Below, piece after piece: positions 39,737-54,700 of a stretch of DNA of 64,000 bases. Made by a program: the position numbers and the translations under genes. Numbering within the stretch: position 1 is the first letter of the stretch; every line of letters starts with the position of its first letter. Origin of the DNA: Adineta vaga. Taxonomy: Eukaryota; Animalia; Rotifera. The DNA is taken from NCBI GenBank assembly GCA_021613535.1, contig CP075495.1:8246001-8310000 (forward strand), read 5' to 3'. Below the pieces are notes generated by a model that was given only the letters and a program-made list of their open reading frames with translations, searched no databases and was not told the DNA's origin.

Positions 39737-42700
39737 CTAAACCAAACATTCCCAAAGAAAATAACTAATTCGATGAGTAAATGTTTGAATAAATGATGTA
39801 CAATCGATATCATTTTGATGTTTGACCAAACAAGATTTCTAGAATGAGGAAAAGAAAAAAAAATTGTCTTTGATATTACGCGAGTTCGATGATTTTATCT
39901 TACTAAGCTATTTTGATCCGAACGATAGATAAGAACAAGAAATGCATCACATTGATGTGGTGCTTTGCATTGAAAGACGACCTAAAACGTAAATGTAATG
40001 TTCCATTATGATCATCTACAGAGTATTCATTATGAAAGATCCAACCAATAAAGAAGATATTTTAGGAATCATATGATCGTAAAGAATTTTTACCCTTATG
40101 ATTATTTAAACATTCGCGATCAACAAATATCGTGCTCTATAAAAGAATTGTGGCTAAAAGTATATAACTACATAATATGGGGATAGAAATTCAAGTTTTT
40201 CATGACTAAATTGATCTTTTGGTATTCACTTATATTCAAAGTAACTTTCACTGTTCTATAAGTGTTTTCGAAAGGTAACTTTGTTTTCTTACTAGATAAT
40301 TAATTGTAGATGAATTTAACATATGAAATTGCGAACCATATCGTGAACGTAAAAATCGATATAATCTATCAAATTGTTCTTTATTATTAAATACGCGTTG
40401 TAATAAACTATTGATTGCTGGTAATTCGATTGTTTCGTCACCGACACACGAATCTAATAATGTTTGAAATTCATTGATTTGAATTGGAATAGTCTAAAGT
40501 AAAATGTGTATTTAAGGAGACAGAGATTGAAGAGAATTAGATTTCATTACTTCTTGACGTCCAGTCAAAAGATTATCGGATCGGGTTGCGATTAATTTCT
40601 CCCAAAGACTTTCACGTCGATGTGATAATGATGCTTTATTTAATATCGATACTAATTTTGATCTACAAAATAATTTCTTATGAAGTTCTGAATTCCATCG
40701 AATTCAATTTCATATTTTACCTGAGATATTCAACATTTCGATCCGCTGGAATATTATTTCCAATATTTTGTTCACCACCAACTGAACTTGAACGAACTGG
40801 AACAACCAAATAAGGTTTTAAGGATGGAGATAATATAGTTGAAGCACGTTCTCTCATTTGATTTATATTAGTATTATTTTTCAAACTATTTGCCATTCGA
40901 TTATTACTTTGTGGAAGAACGGAAATTCTATTCAATGATGATGAAGTTACATTTGATGAATTATGCTGTTTTGGACCTAGATTTGTATAGATTATATACA
41001 TAACAACTGTTAATTCCGATGGTGTTGATGGAGTTATACGAGCAGCGAACCAATAAATATCATTACCATCACAATCAAATAAATATTCTTCCTACGATTT
41101 AAAAATAAAATCAAGATTTTTATCAACAATAGAGTAACAGTTATGCTCGTAATTTGATAGAAATAAACCTACCGAATTTCGTTTCTTGATGTGAATATTG
41201 TACGCTGCTGCATGTTCAAGTACATATTTAAATAGATAACTATCAGCTGATCGTTTATTTACATCAATTGTATGATGAATAATTGCTAAAGTGAAGAAAA
41301 TATCCTATTTATAAAAACAAAGAACAAACAAATGAGATTTACTTTTAAATAATGCTGTTTTCGATCCAATTGGTGCATTTGGATAATATTCAATAAAATC
41401 TTGTAGAAATGTAATTAATGTAAAATCTGATGGAAGTAAATGTATATCTTCTGGATTAGTTTGATAACGAACAATCGTTTGAAGATGAAAATCATATACA
41501 AATGCGTCGAGTTCAGCTTGTTCAGGAATCCAAACTGTATCATATGAAATCTATGGATAAGAATAAATAGATATGATTCGTAATCGAGCCTTTTTTTATT
41601 ATTTTACTGATCGAAAATTAGTTGATGTTGGTGTTTGATTATTTGTTGGCATTTTAATAATATCGTATTGAAGAAAACGTAGAACAATTTGAACATTATT
41701 CAATAAAGATAATTCGACGAGTAATGTTGAACGACGATTTGAATCGGAACGATGAAAATTATATTCCACGGGAGATTGAACATGTGATGAACGAGGAATT
41801 CTTTAGACGAAAAAAAAAGGGAACAAATTTAAAGAATATTGCATAAAAATCGTACTTTCGTGGATTTAATTTCGTATTGATTGGATAGAATTTATAAGTT
41901 GTTTGTAAATATGAGCAAATTTGCTCTATAAACGCAACGACGATTTGTGTATGCTGCTGCTGCTCATTGATATTATTTAAACGAATTGAATCATGACGAA
42001 TTAATTGTCCTTGAGCAATTTGATAATCATTCTAAAGAAAACAATTCCAAAATAGTTCTAACCATTTCATTTTCAATTGAATATTCAGTAGCAGCTTCTA
42101 CAAATGAACTGTTAGAAAACGCGTTTTTTCCTAATTGCCTATTTTCTTTTCAACCAGTAACTAATAATTGAAATTATATAAAATCCTATTCAATTTATCC
42201 TTAAAAAAATTTCAAAACTTTTTCCTAAGAAATAATAAATAATTAGTAAGAACTAGTTAGAAAGAAAGAAAAATATCTTTCATATGATAGAAGATAAAAG
42301 TTAGTAGTCAATACCAGTTAGTAGAGAAAACAAAATGAAAGAGGAGATAAAAATGAAGAAGACATTGTCTTCAAAGTGAAAAAATGCAAATAAAACGTAT
42401 GTGATAGGTGTAGTTCTAAATATGTGAGTTAGGAGAAGATCTTTTATGAGCAGCGAGATGATATAGAAAACAATATCAGACACCTCATCAACCGATTGTA
42501 TACATCGGCGTAGAGTAAAATCGACTGGAATGGCAACAGATTTTCGTTTGTTTGTCAGACGAGTTGCTATTGAGATTTCAGCTTGTACTGCTGAGGAAGC
42601 ATCCTGAAAACATAGATAACGACATATACACCTCGAATTTGGAACTTCTACAAAATAAACTTGTCTTTGAAAAAAAAAACCAAACAAACAAAATATTACA

Positions 42701-45700
42701 ATTTTGTATTAGATCTTTGAAAAAAAAAACTTCAAATAATGCAAGAAAAACTTACTAAACAAAGTGCATTGTTAGCACGTAGTGTGCAATCATTTTGAAA
42801 GAAATGTCGAGCTGGTCGAGAGAAAAGTATAGATGCAACAGTAATATTTAACAATCGAGAACGATGTTTCATTTGAGTTAATGAATCATCCTTTCAAATG
42901 AAAAGAAAATAGTTTTTTTTTCTTCTTCTTTTCATTAAGTTAACAAACTGTAATGATTAATTTGGGTTTTAGTGCCCAATTTGAACAAAGTTCTTCAAGT
43001 TTTCCACATCGATCCATATCTAAATATTGAAAAGTAATTCTAATCAAATTCTGATATCTCTTTTTCCTCTAAGTAGATTGCAATATTCATGCAATGAATT
43101 GAACTAAATAAAATAACATACGGATCTTTTTATTCTCTTTCAATTGTAGTAATTGTGTTCCATGTCGTTGAATTAAATCTTGACTTAAATCATTCGATAA
43201 TGATGGATATGATCCAATTAAATTACAATAAAGTAAATCAATATTCCAAGATGTATAAATATTTCCTGTTTTCGGTGGTAAAACTTCTCTAATTACTTGT
43301 TCAAGTTCAACATTATCACCTTTTGTTGAATGCTAAAATATTCGTATAGATTTTTACAAGATAATAAAAAAAAATGTCAAAACAAACTTTAGCTATTATT
43401 CCATGTTGTATATGATGACGATTGTATTCGGAATGTTGTTCGTGATGAAATGATCGATAACGAAAAAGACCCATTTTTTGTGTTACAATTATATTTAAAA
43501 CATGTAAACGTCGATTTGACCAACTGATAAGATTCGAAAAATGAGTCGTTAATAATTTTGATAGTTCATCAGGTGCATTATGTAATATCATTGTTAACTA
43601 AATATAAAATTGATGATAGTCTTTTCTGTGAATATTAAATAAATTTCATTTACTTTTTTATCATTGGCTATAATACATAAGAATATTTGCTTAGGGATAT
43701 CCGAACTATTCGCTAGAGCCACTGAAATAAAAATATCAGTTAAGATGTAAATAAATGAACTGATTTTATTGTACGTACTTGCATCACCCGATTCTTGCTG
43801 TGGTGATGATTCATTACTTTCAATAACTAAATCACTAATCATTTTTGTACTTTGATATAAAACAATAAGATTAAGATTTTCACCGGGAATACGTGTTGGC
43901 TACAAATAAAACGATTTTCATTCAAATATTCGTTTAAAATCTAAACTTATCAGTTTCATACCATTTGATCTAACGATGGTACTGGTAAATATAAAGTTCG
44001 TTCTTGATTACATCGAAATATCATTCCATGTAGTGATTCATGTTTATATGCAATGAATTTTTGATCATTAAGCCACGAAGTAAAACTATGAATAACATCC
44101 ACAAGAAGTATTCGATTGGATAAAGTATGAGAACAACTTGTTAATGATGGAGGTCTAGGATCTAGAAAAGATTTGATCAGTAGATTAAATAGACCAAATG
44201 ATATTTTCTTACTTTCTATTGTTAGATGTTGAAACCATAATGTTAAACATTGAGCATGTTCAAATGAAAGAGGTTGTGGTTCATCCATAGAGGAATTACT
44301 TAACATTGAACTTTGAATTGATTCTTGACGCTATTAAATGAAATAAAAGAAAAGAAAATATATCGATTAGAATTGAACCGGATTTTTTTTGAAAAAGTGA
44401 GAAAAAAAGAAGAAATGTATAGCATAGATATAAATGTAGAATAAAAAGCATGGATTGCTCACCCAACCAGAGATGAATATAGGCAGAAGCAGTAGTTTTA
44501 CTCAGATAAGTTTCGGTTTTTTTTAATAGATATATTAGTGAAAAAGATTTGAGTGAGATGAGACCTGAAGTTTAACAGGTGAATATGAACCCATAGATTT
44601 GTTCGTTTTCATAAAAATATTAAATAGACCAGCAGTACTATTCGTCGAATGCTAGAACAATACATTGGTCCAAAATAAATCGTTGTTAATCATTCGATAG
44701 GAGAGAAAATCAATGAAAGAGATCAAATATATCTTCTTAAATACTTTACTTACACGTCTTGATTGAACTGTTGGTGTTGTTGGTCCTGTATCCATAGTAA
44801 ATGTTCGTGCTGTTTGTACATTTCGATCGAGAATAAAAGCTTAAGAGAAATAAAAAGAATGGAGAATAAGATCAAACGAATAATATTTACTTGTTTCATT
44901 TGCAAATTTAACTGTATTCATCGAACGAGGTGATGGTGGTGGTTCTAACGATCCATGTCGTTGATAAATATTATTACTACTATTATAAAGTTTTGGCAAA
45001 AGTTTATATTCAGTAACATAATCTGCTAAAGCAAATCTAAATGCTTGTAATAATGTATTTGACATGATACTTGGATCAGTTTCTGGTTGACCACCACGTG
45101 CCCAAACATGACAACGAAGAATATTTTCATTGGAATCTAATTGAAAGGAATTTTTCTTTGAAATAATAGATAGAATAGCTTACTATCATTATTTGTCATT
45201 GAAGAAGAATTTATTTCAGTCACACGAATTAAATCAATCAATGAATCGACCGTTAAGTCATCGGATAAATCTTCTGTTGATAAAGGACTTGGTCGATTAC
45301 TTGAATTCAAAACATGTAATTCAATCCATGCAAGACCTAATCGATATCAAAACAAGATTAATTTCAAATTAATTTCCTACTATATACCTGGTCGAGGAAT
45401 TCGTATATTGTATGTTTTATTATAGACAATCAATGTTTGTCCACGATAATCTTTGATAATATCCTATTATCGAAACAATCATTGAAAATTCGTATTTTCT
45501 TTTCTTTGGTGTCAAATAAAATTTTACTTTAAGATCTTTGGCAAGAATAGGAAGTAATAAAGGTTGATGAAATTGATTTGTTTTAACATAACGTCGAAAA
45601 TAGTAGAGAAAAGCATTTGTATTAATAAATGATGAAATTTTATATTCAAATATATGTTTTGGTTCACTATCAATCGGTCGAATAAACTAATTGAATGAAA

Positions 45701-48700
45701 GATGAAAAAACAAATTTTTTTCATGATATCAAAATGAATATTTACAGTAACATCATCAGGATTTAAACGTGTCATCGCAAAATGATACAGAGCATTGACA
45801 AGTTCTTTGACAACTTCATCTTCTAATCGACTAACAATTGATTGAACAAGATTACTTTTTATTGTTTCAAATTGTGGATCAACTACAATCACAAAATCGA
45901 TATAGTTTTTAAAATAATGTCAATATGAAACAAAAACTTTACCAGATGATTTCAATCCATAGAGCATTACATGAACACAAAAAGTACCCTAAAGAAAAGA
46001 AGTTTTTCATTTAAAGAATAATTGAAAATTTTTCATTTACTGAATCATGTCGTTGTCGATTTTTCATTGAATTATTCAATGATGAATTACTATTTGCATT
46101 CAAAATTTGCGGTGATGGTGGTTCACCAGCATAGAGAGGATAATGATGATGATCATTTATCAATGAAGTTTCATCAATTAAACCAGATGTTGAGGGTGGA
46201 AGTGTATCTTCACGAAATCTCATATAATAATAAGTACGATCACCACAATAAACAAATAAATTCTTTCGATTATGTACAGCTAATGAACTAAAATGTGTCG
46301 ATAATTCACGTAAAAGTGAACCTAGAGTAGATAAAAAGAAAGATTTAGAATCGAATTGGAAGAATGTTGCGTATTTTTCTTACCTGGATGATAACCACTT
46401 GAAGTTTTCGAACTTGTTTGTGTATGAAGATGTGGACGAAGACGAAAATGTAAAGGAAACGAATGTGTCCATAGCTCATCACAAGCATACTAAATTTCAG
46501 TAATCACAAACAATAGAAAGAAAAACAAAGAAATTACTTCGCCCGGTGGAATATTTAAATTTGCAGCTAAGATTGGAGCATCAGCATCGAGAGTTAAATC
46601 ATCATTTTCACCAGGTGGTACCAATAATGAATTACACAATCGAGTTGTTGATAAATTACTCATTAATAATTTCTAAATACAAAACGTATTGAACTATAAA
46701 CAAATATTCAAAATGAATCAAACTTGGTTTGTTGTACGACATAATTGTTTAAATTCATCCATTAATTCATCTAAGATTATTTTTGGTTCTTCTGATTGTT
46801 GCATCGTATCGGATGATGAACTAAAAATGATAAAGAACTATGTGATAAGAATCAATGATGTTTAATTTCTTTACCCGCAATAAAGATAGAATTTCACTTC
46901 GAGTAGATCGATTTGTGTGGACGTTTTTTTCTTTCGTTCAATAAAAAGCCAAAATGATGGTTTGACATAATCATTTAATCTATCATCAATAGGTGTCTTC
47001 TCAATATCATCATCATCGGCGACAGAACTATCAGAAGGTAAACTATCTTCCATTGTAAGTGATGATTGATCATCACTTGAATTTGTTGATAAAGCTAACA
47101 GTAATAACAATAAGATGGTTTACTATTATTATTAAATTCAACATACCCGAAATGCGTCGTCGTTGATTTTCTTCCGAATCTTCATAGATAGGTTCAAGTA
47201 GAATATAATAATTACCACATTCAGTAAGAACATATTTATTTTGAATACGAACATTTCGTAGTTCCTAGATACAAAAATATTCTTGTATTTCTTTCCTTTC
47301 TACTGTTGTGTAAAAATGAGAATATTACTTCGAGAAATGGTTTTAAAGACTTATCAATACCAAGAACAAATTTAAGATCAATTGAACGACATAAACATTT
47401 TGATCCTTGGATATTCGCAGATGCTTGTACATGTCCAATAACATGTTCAATTAAATCTTTATCCAATGTACGACGCGTGAAATATGTTGATAGTTGTTCA
47501 TCACGTAAAAGCCATTCGATCTACATATAATGAAAACAATGATTGAATTTTTCAATTGATATTAAAATGTATCGATTTTCTCATTGAAAAGTTATCCTCA
47601 TAGATACTCGAAGTTTTTTTTCTTCTCATGACTTTGTCTTAGTAACTCCGATTTACTTTCTCTCTTGGATATATCTTTTGAGTAGACTACAGAACAGAAA
47701 CAATTCATCAAACCTCGCGTCGACATAACATAATTGCTCGTCGTTGTGCATCAGATAATCGAAGTTTATCCAAAGGATTTCTAAAGATATTCAATTAGGT
47801 TTAATTGTTTTCTATAAATTTCTTACTTATTCAATTCTCCACCCATGGTAGTTCCTGTACATGTACTTGCATTTTCAACTGCATCAATAGGATTCAATTC
47901 TTGTAAACGTCTCGCTGATATTAACGACGGATGATTGAATGTTGGTGTATTTGTTGTCATACCATTGATATTAACACCTGGTGTTTCGACATCTTCACGT
48001 CCAAATGTCAAACACATTAAACCAAATGAAATACGTAACGAAGGAAGATCAATTTTTGTTTCCGCTGGTTTAGTAATTAATTCATCTTAAATTTAAAATC
48101 AATATATTTTTTAAAGTTTTCAATTATCTTTGACTTACTTATACAAAGTGGAATTGTTTTGACTTGTTTATTATAATCATAATCTTTCATTACTAATCGA
48201 CAATCAAAGCAAATAAATAATGGTAAAACTTCTTGTATAGATAAATCTCTTGAACGATTTGATATTGAACTTGATGATTCATTTGATCGACGACGTTTTT
48301 TTGTCAATTGCAATTCATATTCTTCATCGTCATTATTTTCATGAATATATACTGTACCATTACTTCGATGATCATCATCTTCATTCTCACTACTACTTTC
48401 ATGATCATGTCCGTTTGTTTCATCGAATTTATATGGACCTGATGTTGGTAATACTTCATTATTATCGACTAAACGATCGATTTCAATAGAATTCCGACTT
48501 GATTCATCAGATTCTTTATTTGGACGAAAATAGAAATAATCCGAATCCAATGAAACACGACGAAAGAATTTATTGATGATAGCAAGAAATTTCTCATCTA
48601 AATAAGTATGAATATGTTGTGTCGTTGGTTTACAAGTCGTATCAGATTCGTCTGATCTATTTAAAAGAAGAGGAAGACATTATTTTTAATAATATTGAAA

Positions 48701-51700
48701 TTTTACTGTAATTCATCATCTGATAAATGTGAACACATTGCTTTGAGAAATGAAGTTAATTCAATATCTTCACAATGATCAAAATAAATTGTATTCAATG
48801 CATGATCAATATCAGTGCGATGTGTTATTAATTCAAATAAACAATTTTTATAGAATGCTACAAAAAGCAAACAATAATTGTATCGAAAAATAATAGAAAG
48901 ATGAATTTTACCGGTGGCAAAAGCATAATCGAATGATTCACGCAAAGTTTCAACTTGTTTATCATCAGGAAACGAATGTTCTTCGTCAAAACGTCGAGAA
49001 TTGTCTATAAAAATAAAATACTTCTCTCAATGAAAAAGATTCAAACCAACAATATTACATACCACGTTTACGAGGTTTGATATTGTGTGATGTTGTTGCT
49101 GTTGAATTGACTGTTGCTACTTCATTTGTTAAATCATTATCATCGATTGTATAATCGAGATAAACATCTGTTTCTAATGTTGCTAATTGTTGTTCATACG
49201 AAAGAAGTAAGGATGATGCCAAACGCCCTTTATTACAGCCATATAAAAATATTGGAATATGCCATTGACGATTGAATGATTTCTTAAAATGTTCATAGGT
49301 CATATTCTGTTGTGGAGATGCATTCGTAATATTAACTGTAGGTGCAGTTAAAAGATTATAATGGTGATTTGGTGGTGATAAAGTAGCGGATGCTGAGTAA
49401 CGACGACGTGACGGTTCAACATGTAAAAAGTTACTTGTATCTATGGTTAATGGAGAATATATTCGACGGCAAGTAATAGCATTTGGTTGAGATATTGCAT
49501 GTTGGAATTGTTGAGCTACGGAATTAATAATAGGAATTGGTGATGATGTAGAATTTCTACCATGAGGATTTGTTGAATGTGAACTATGAGGTACTAATAA
49601 ATCTGATGAAGTAAATGTATCTCGACGTTGACGACGCCGTCCTGTATATTTCGCTAAAAAATAAAAACATGTTTTCATATTATAAACTATATATTTCAAT
49701 AAACCTGTTTGTTCTTCATGACAACCATGATCTATTTGTTCATTTGTTGATGCTATACATTTTGGTTGATAATCAACTGATGTTTCAATACTATCGATTA
49801 AACCATCGATAGCATATCGACAATCATCATAAATTAACATTCCATTATCAATATTTTCCATTGAATAATGTCCAATAAGATCATGCATGAGTACATTTAA
49901 ATCTGTATTTAATAGAAATAAATCACGTTCGGTTTTCGGTAATAATATCATATAAACATGTTCATCTCCATCGGTTGAAACAAGAAAATCCCAACGTGGA
50001 AATAACATTCCAATTAAATATTCTTCGAGATTTGTTAATGGTTTCGTTGATTTTTGTTGTTCATTATAATTCAGTAAATAAAGTAAATATGGACTTGATT
50101 TCAAACTACGTAGACCAATTGGTAAACGTTGTATTTTTGAATGAGTTGAACGTAAAATTAATGTACGTGTAAATGCATTATGATTTTCCAGCGTATCAGA
50201 AAATAAATGTTTTTTATTTTCATAAGTTTTTGAACATAAACGATCGTAAAGTACACCAAGTAATGTTGAATTAAGACTTTTTGTAAGAAATGAACCATTC
50301 TTAAAGATATAGTCCTGTTTAATTTTGTCATAATCTATACAAGGAAAGAAAAAAGAAACTATAATTCGAAGTCAAATCTTCAACTACCATCAATAAATGC
50401 TGAAAAATCAAAATGAGTTTGATGTGAACGACTTATAAGACTAATTGTATCTTGATTGAATGGTACTTGAATTGTATCAAGCGTTAATACTCGAGGTGGA
50501 CGTAGTATTGGACTTGAAAAGAAGAGTGTTTAGAGAAAATTAAGTTTTCATTTGAAAAAAAACATAATACCCCGTTAAAGATGAAGTTCGTTCTTGTAAA
50601 TATTTAACAAAATAGAATGAAACAAGTGTATTAAAACATTCACGATCGACTTCATTGATCTAAATATTCAATAAATATGTTTTCAGATAAGACATACAAT
50701 AAGTTTTGAATTCTTTTAGACTCTCTTTATTTTCAATAGTAACGATTCTTGTAATTGAAACAGTGCTTATGATAATTAAAATATTTTCTACAATAACGAA
50801 TTGCAATAATGTCTTTCTGCTTTCTTTTTGCTCTTTTTTTTTATATAATAACTGTTTTTAGATATATATATATACATCAAACAAACAAGACTATCTTCAT
50901 ATCAATCAAATACAATTTTTATCATTCCGATACTTGATTTTATCATCTTAAAACATGATCAATAGACACATAATATTCAAATCAAATGAAATTATTTATT
51001 TATAAAATTTATTCAAACAAAACGAAATTCTTCATGTATGATATGATATTAAAATGAAATTGCTTGAGATAAATGCTTCAATTATAGTAATAGAAGCCAT
51101 AAATATATATTGTTCTTCATTTGGTAGAACGATGAAGCCATTGATATATTGACTAAAGAACAGCAGCTTACCTCTGCATACAAATCATTTCAATTATCAT
51201 CATTATTATCATCAATAAAACAAGAAAGAGTTGATATGAACGACTGCAAAGAAGTGGAGGAGTTGAATCTCACCAATTGCTGGTGTTCAGGGTGAGACGA
51301 ACTGCTCCACTTAGTCGAGTCGAGTATGCGACTAGAGAATAAACTGATCGTAAATATAATATAATCAAGAAAAAACAACAAATGGGTCTATTCGCACGCG
51401 ATAAGGTCTTCATTCTTACTCTCTCTCTCTCTGTGTCTCTACGATCATTATTATGATCAAGCTCAAACTTACGAACGAACGGCTGTTGTTCTCACTCAAG
51501 AACGTGAAAAGTAATCGAAAAAAAAGTGAGAAGCGACTAAGGAAGAGTTGTAACATACGTTACTGGCTTCATTTATGCGTTTTTTTCTTCTCGTTTTTTT
51601 TCTTTCGTTCGTCTAGATGTGCTTTTGTTTTCTCCCTGAACTTTACAGCTGTTGATAATCTGTTCGTATGTTCGCGTAAAACGTGCTCCGTAGCGAAATT

Positions 51701-54700
51701 TGACTACATATATAACATGAAGAACGATGAGGGAATTTCGAGTGGAGCGTGCAAGAAACTCAATCTGAGCTCGATTTACTTTCACTTTGTCTCTCTCTCT
51801 CTCTGTGTCTTGTTCGTTTTCGATGAATGAAGGATGGAAAGAAAAGACAAATTGTGCGTATAACATGTATACATCGTCAATATAAAAATTAGAATTTGAT
51901 TTACTACTTCTCTTCCATCCTGAACAATAGTATGATAAGGACAATACTATTTAGTAGTAGATACCTTCAAAAAAATCGAAGAAGAAGAAGAAGAATGAAA
52001 CGAACGACACACATTCTAATCGAAAAAAATCTATTCAATAGTCATGACAGAAAGGAAAAAAAACAACGAAGTATTAAAGCTGATTGAATTCGAATCGTAT
52101 TTGAGCTCTCGGCTTAAGTAAAGGTCGTTAAATAGAATAGAAGATGAGACTTACAATATAAAGATATGTACATATATTGATGATGACTAGAAACTTATTG
52201 ATATGAGCTGGAAGAATATAGATCTGGCATCAGAAGACATCTATGCGAAATCCATCTTCCAGCTGATATACAACTAAGTGAAAACAAGAATCGTTTGTTT
52301 GTTGATGATCTTGTGTATGTTGAAGAAGAAAGAAATGAATCTATGAAAATTTGGTTGATGTAAACTGCTCATTTTATATACGAAACGAAACGAGATGATA
52401 AGGGGAGAGAGAGAGAGCACGAAAGAGAGAAGAAGCAAGTAAAATATGTTCTTCGGGGTATGCGCATTGGTCGAAAAATTCTTCTTCGCTTTTTTTTTCG
52501 TTAATGCAAACACTGTTATCCGTTTTCGTGATGTTGACATACCTTTAAAGACAAAAAAGCGCTTTGACGACAAATGTCTTATCCAAGAAATTAGAGATAA
52601 AAATCTAAACTCAAGTATGTTCTATACTTGCTAACAAGTAACCTTTTCATTGACGAGAATAGAGCGGAGAAGAAGAAGAAGAAGAAGAAAGAAAGAGATA
52701 ATGATGATAATGATGATGATAATAATGATGAATTTTGAAAAAGAAAAATATGCTAACTTTTCAAAACGAATGAATTTCAATCCGTTTTGTTACAGTAATC
52801 AACAATTGATATGAACTATCTTGAATGTTTGATGTATTAAAACAAAATAAGAAAATTTCTCACATACGTAAGAGATAAAAGTTTCAATTGTCTATTCACT
52901 TTCATTAATGAGAAAGATGAAAAGTCTATCATTACATCATTTTTCACTTTAGACTTTGGATAGGAATGAATCATATGTGATAATCAGTTTGTCTTTCAAG
53001 TACTTTGACTTCTGATATCTACCGTTTGTTAAGTAAACATACAGATACTTGTCTTTTATATGTTGTTTAAAATTACTAGACAAAAAGCAAGAAGAGCGAA
53101 GTCAATGATGATAATGATTGACATGTTCACTCTTAAGATTATACGAAGAGATGAAATCAGTTGATTATACATGAAAATTTGTCTGATTAGACCGTCCTAC
53201 TTGACATTCTTTTCTTCAATTAAACAAGCAGCAGCAGAAGAATAAGAATAAGAAATGCAACTAACCTTATCAACAATTTGTTTATAGGTACAATGATTAA
53301 GAAATTCAAGTTCAGGACAATCAGTATCCACAAAACCATCTTGAGGTTCAACCCAACATTGTGTAAGAAAATAATAACATGTTGGATGATCACAATAAAT
53401 ACTAGAAGAACGCCGTAATGGCATGGTACGAATTTCTCGTGTTGGACTTCTAATTGAAAACAACCAAATCGCTTTAGTTTACATTAATTAAATAATCAAG
53501 AAATTCTTACGTATCAGATAAACGACCATATTCTACAGGATAGATTCGATATTGTACAAGACAAGTTCGAACATTTTCATCTGGATAAAAATTAATATCA
53601 GAATTTAAACGAAATATATCTTTTGAACTATCTTCTTTTGGTACCTAAAAAAACATAAAATTATATTTTTCGAAGAATTCTACTTCTCTACATACATTCA
53701 TTTTAACTTCAAGAACGAGATTATGTATGTTATTATGTGACATAGCAAAATGAAATCCTTCTTGAAGCCGTCGTCTTAAAAAAGAGACAATATCAATTAT
53801 TTATTTGAATGAGTTTTCGTGTTTAACATTTGATTTACCTTATGAAAGTATCAAGAATAATATCCGGAATTCGTTTTGGTGCATTTGATAAATGTTTTAA
53901 ACTATCGAATGAACGTATAAATGTTCGTATATAGAAAAATTTTGCAAGAGCTTGTCGTTTGGAATCTAATTCGGATGGATTCTTCTGTTGTATATCATCA
54001 TCATCATGTTTCGGAATACCAAGCAACCCATAAGGAAATGGATCCGGTCTAGTAAAAATCAGGATAAAAAAAGAGATTAAGTTTTTCCTGAATGAACAAT
54101 AACATACTTGAGTATTAATCGTTCTATATTTTTATGTAGTACAACACAACAAGATGATATTGTTGTTGTTAATACTAGTCGTTGTTGAATTGATATGGAT
54201 GATGATGCACAGGAATTTGTTCGTTGAGTAATCGATGAAACTGGTATGGATGTGGATGAATTTGTTCGTTGAGTAATGGATGTAACTGGTATTGATGCCG
54301 ATGAATTTGATCGATGATTAGTCGATGAAAGTGGTGTTGAGGTTTGTTGTTTACGATTACTATCCGTAAAATTACCTGATTTCATTCGCGAACGTGGCCG
54401 AAGACGAAGAAGATTATTTCGAAAATCTTCTATGATCTATAGAAGACAAAAGACAATAATCTTATAGATCTAAATTTCGATATTTAGTTATGACTTACAT
54501 GATGTCGTTCAACTGTACTTGCATTCGATTGAAAAGCAAATTTCAAAAAGAGTAATGGCGCCTGTCCCATAATACGTAATAACATAAAACTGTAGGGAGT
54601 AGTGTCATTATTGTCATGTATCAAAAATTTTATATAAGATTGACCATCCAAAAGAACAAAGGAAAAATATTCGGATAGAAATGCTTCAAAATCATTTTTG

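Noticed and set aside
41925-42030. Suspected non-canonical intron in SZT2
   Set aside because: On re-reading, the frame is open throughout and no intron is needed.
51190-52634. Short ORFs on both strands in the large SZT2 intron
   Set aside because: Low-complexity F/K/R-rich translations overlapping miRNA hairpins, with no protein-like features.
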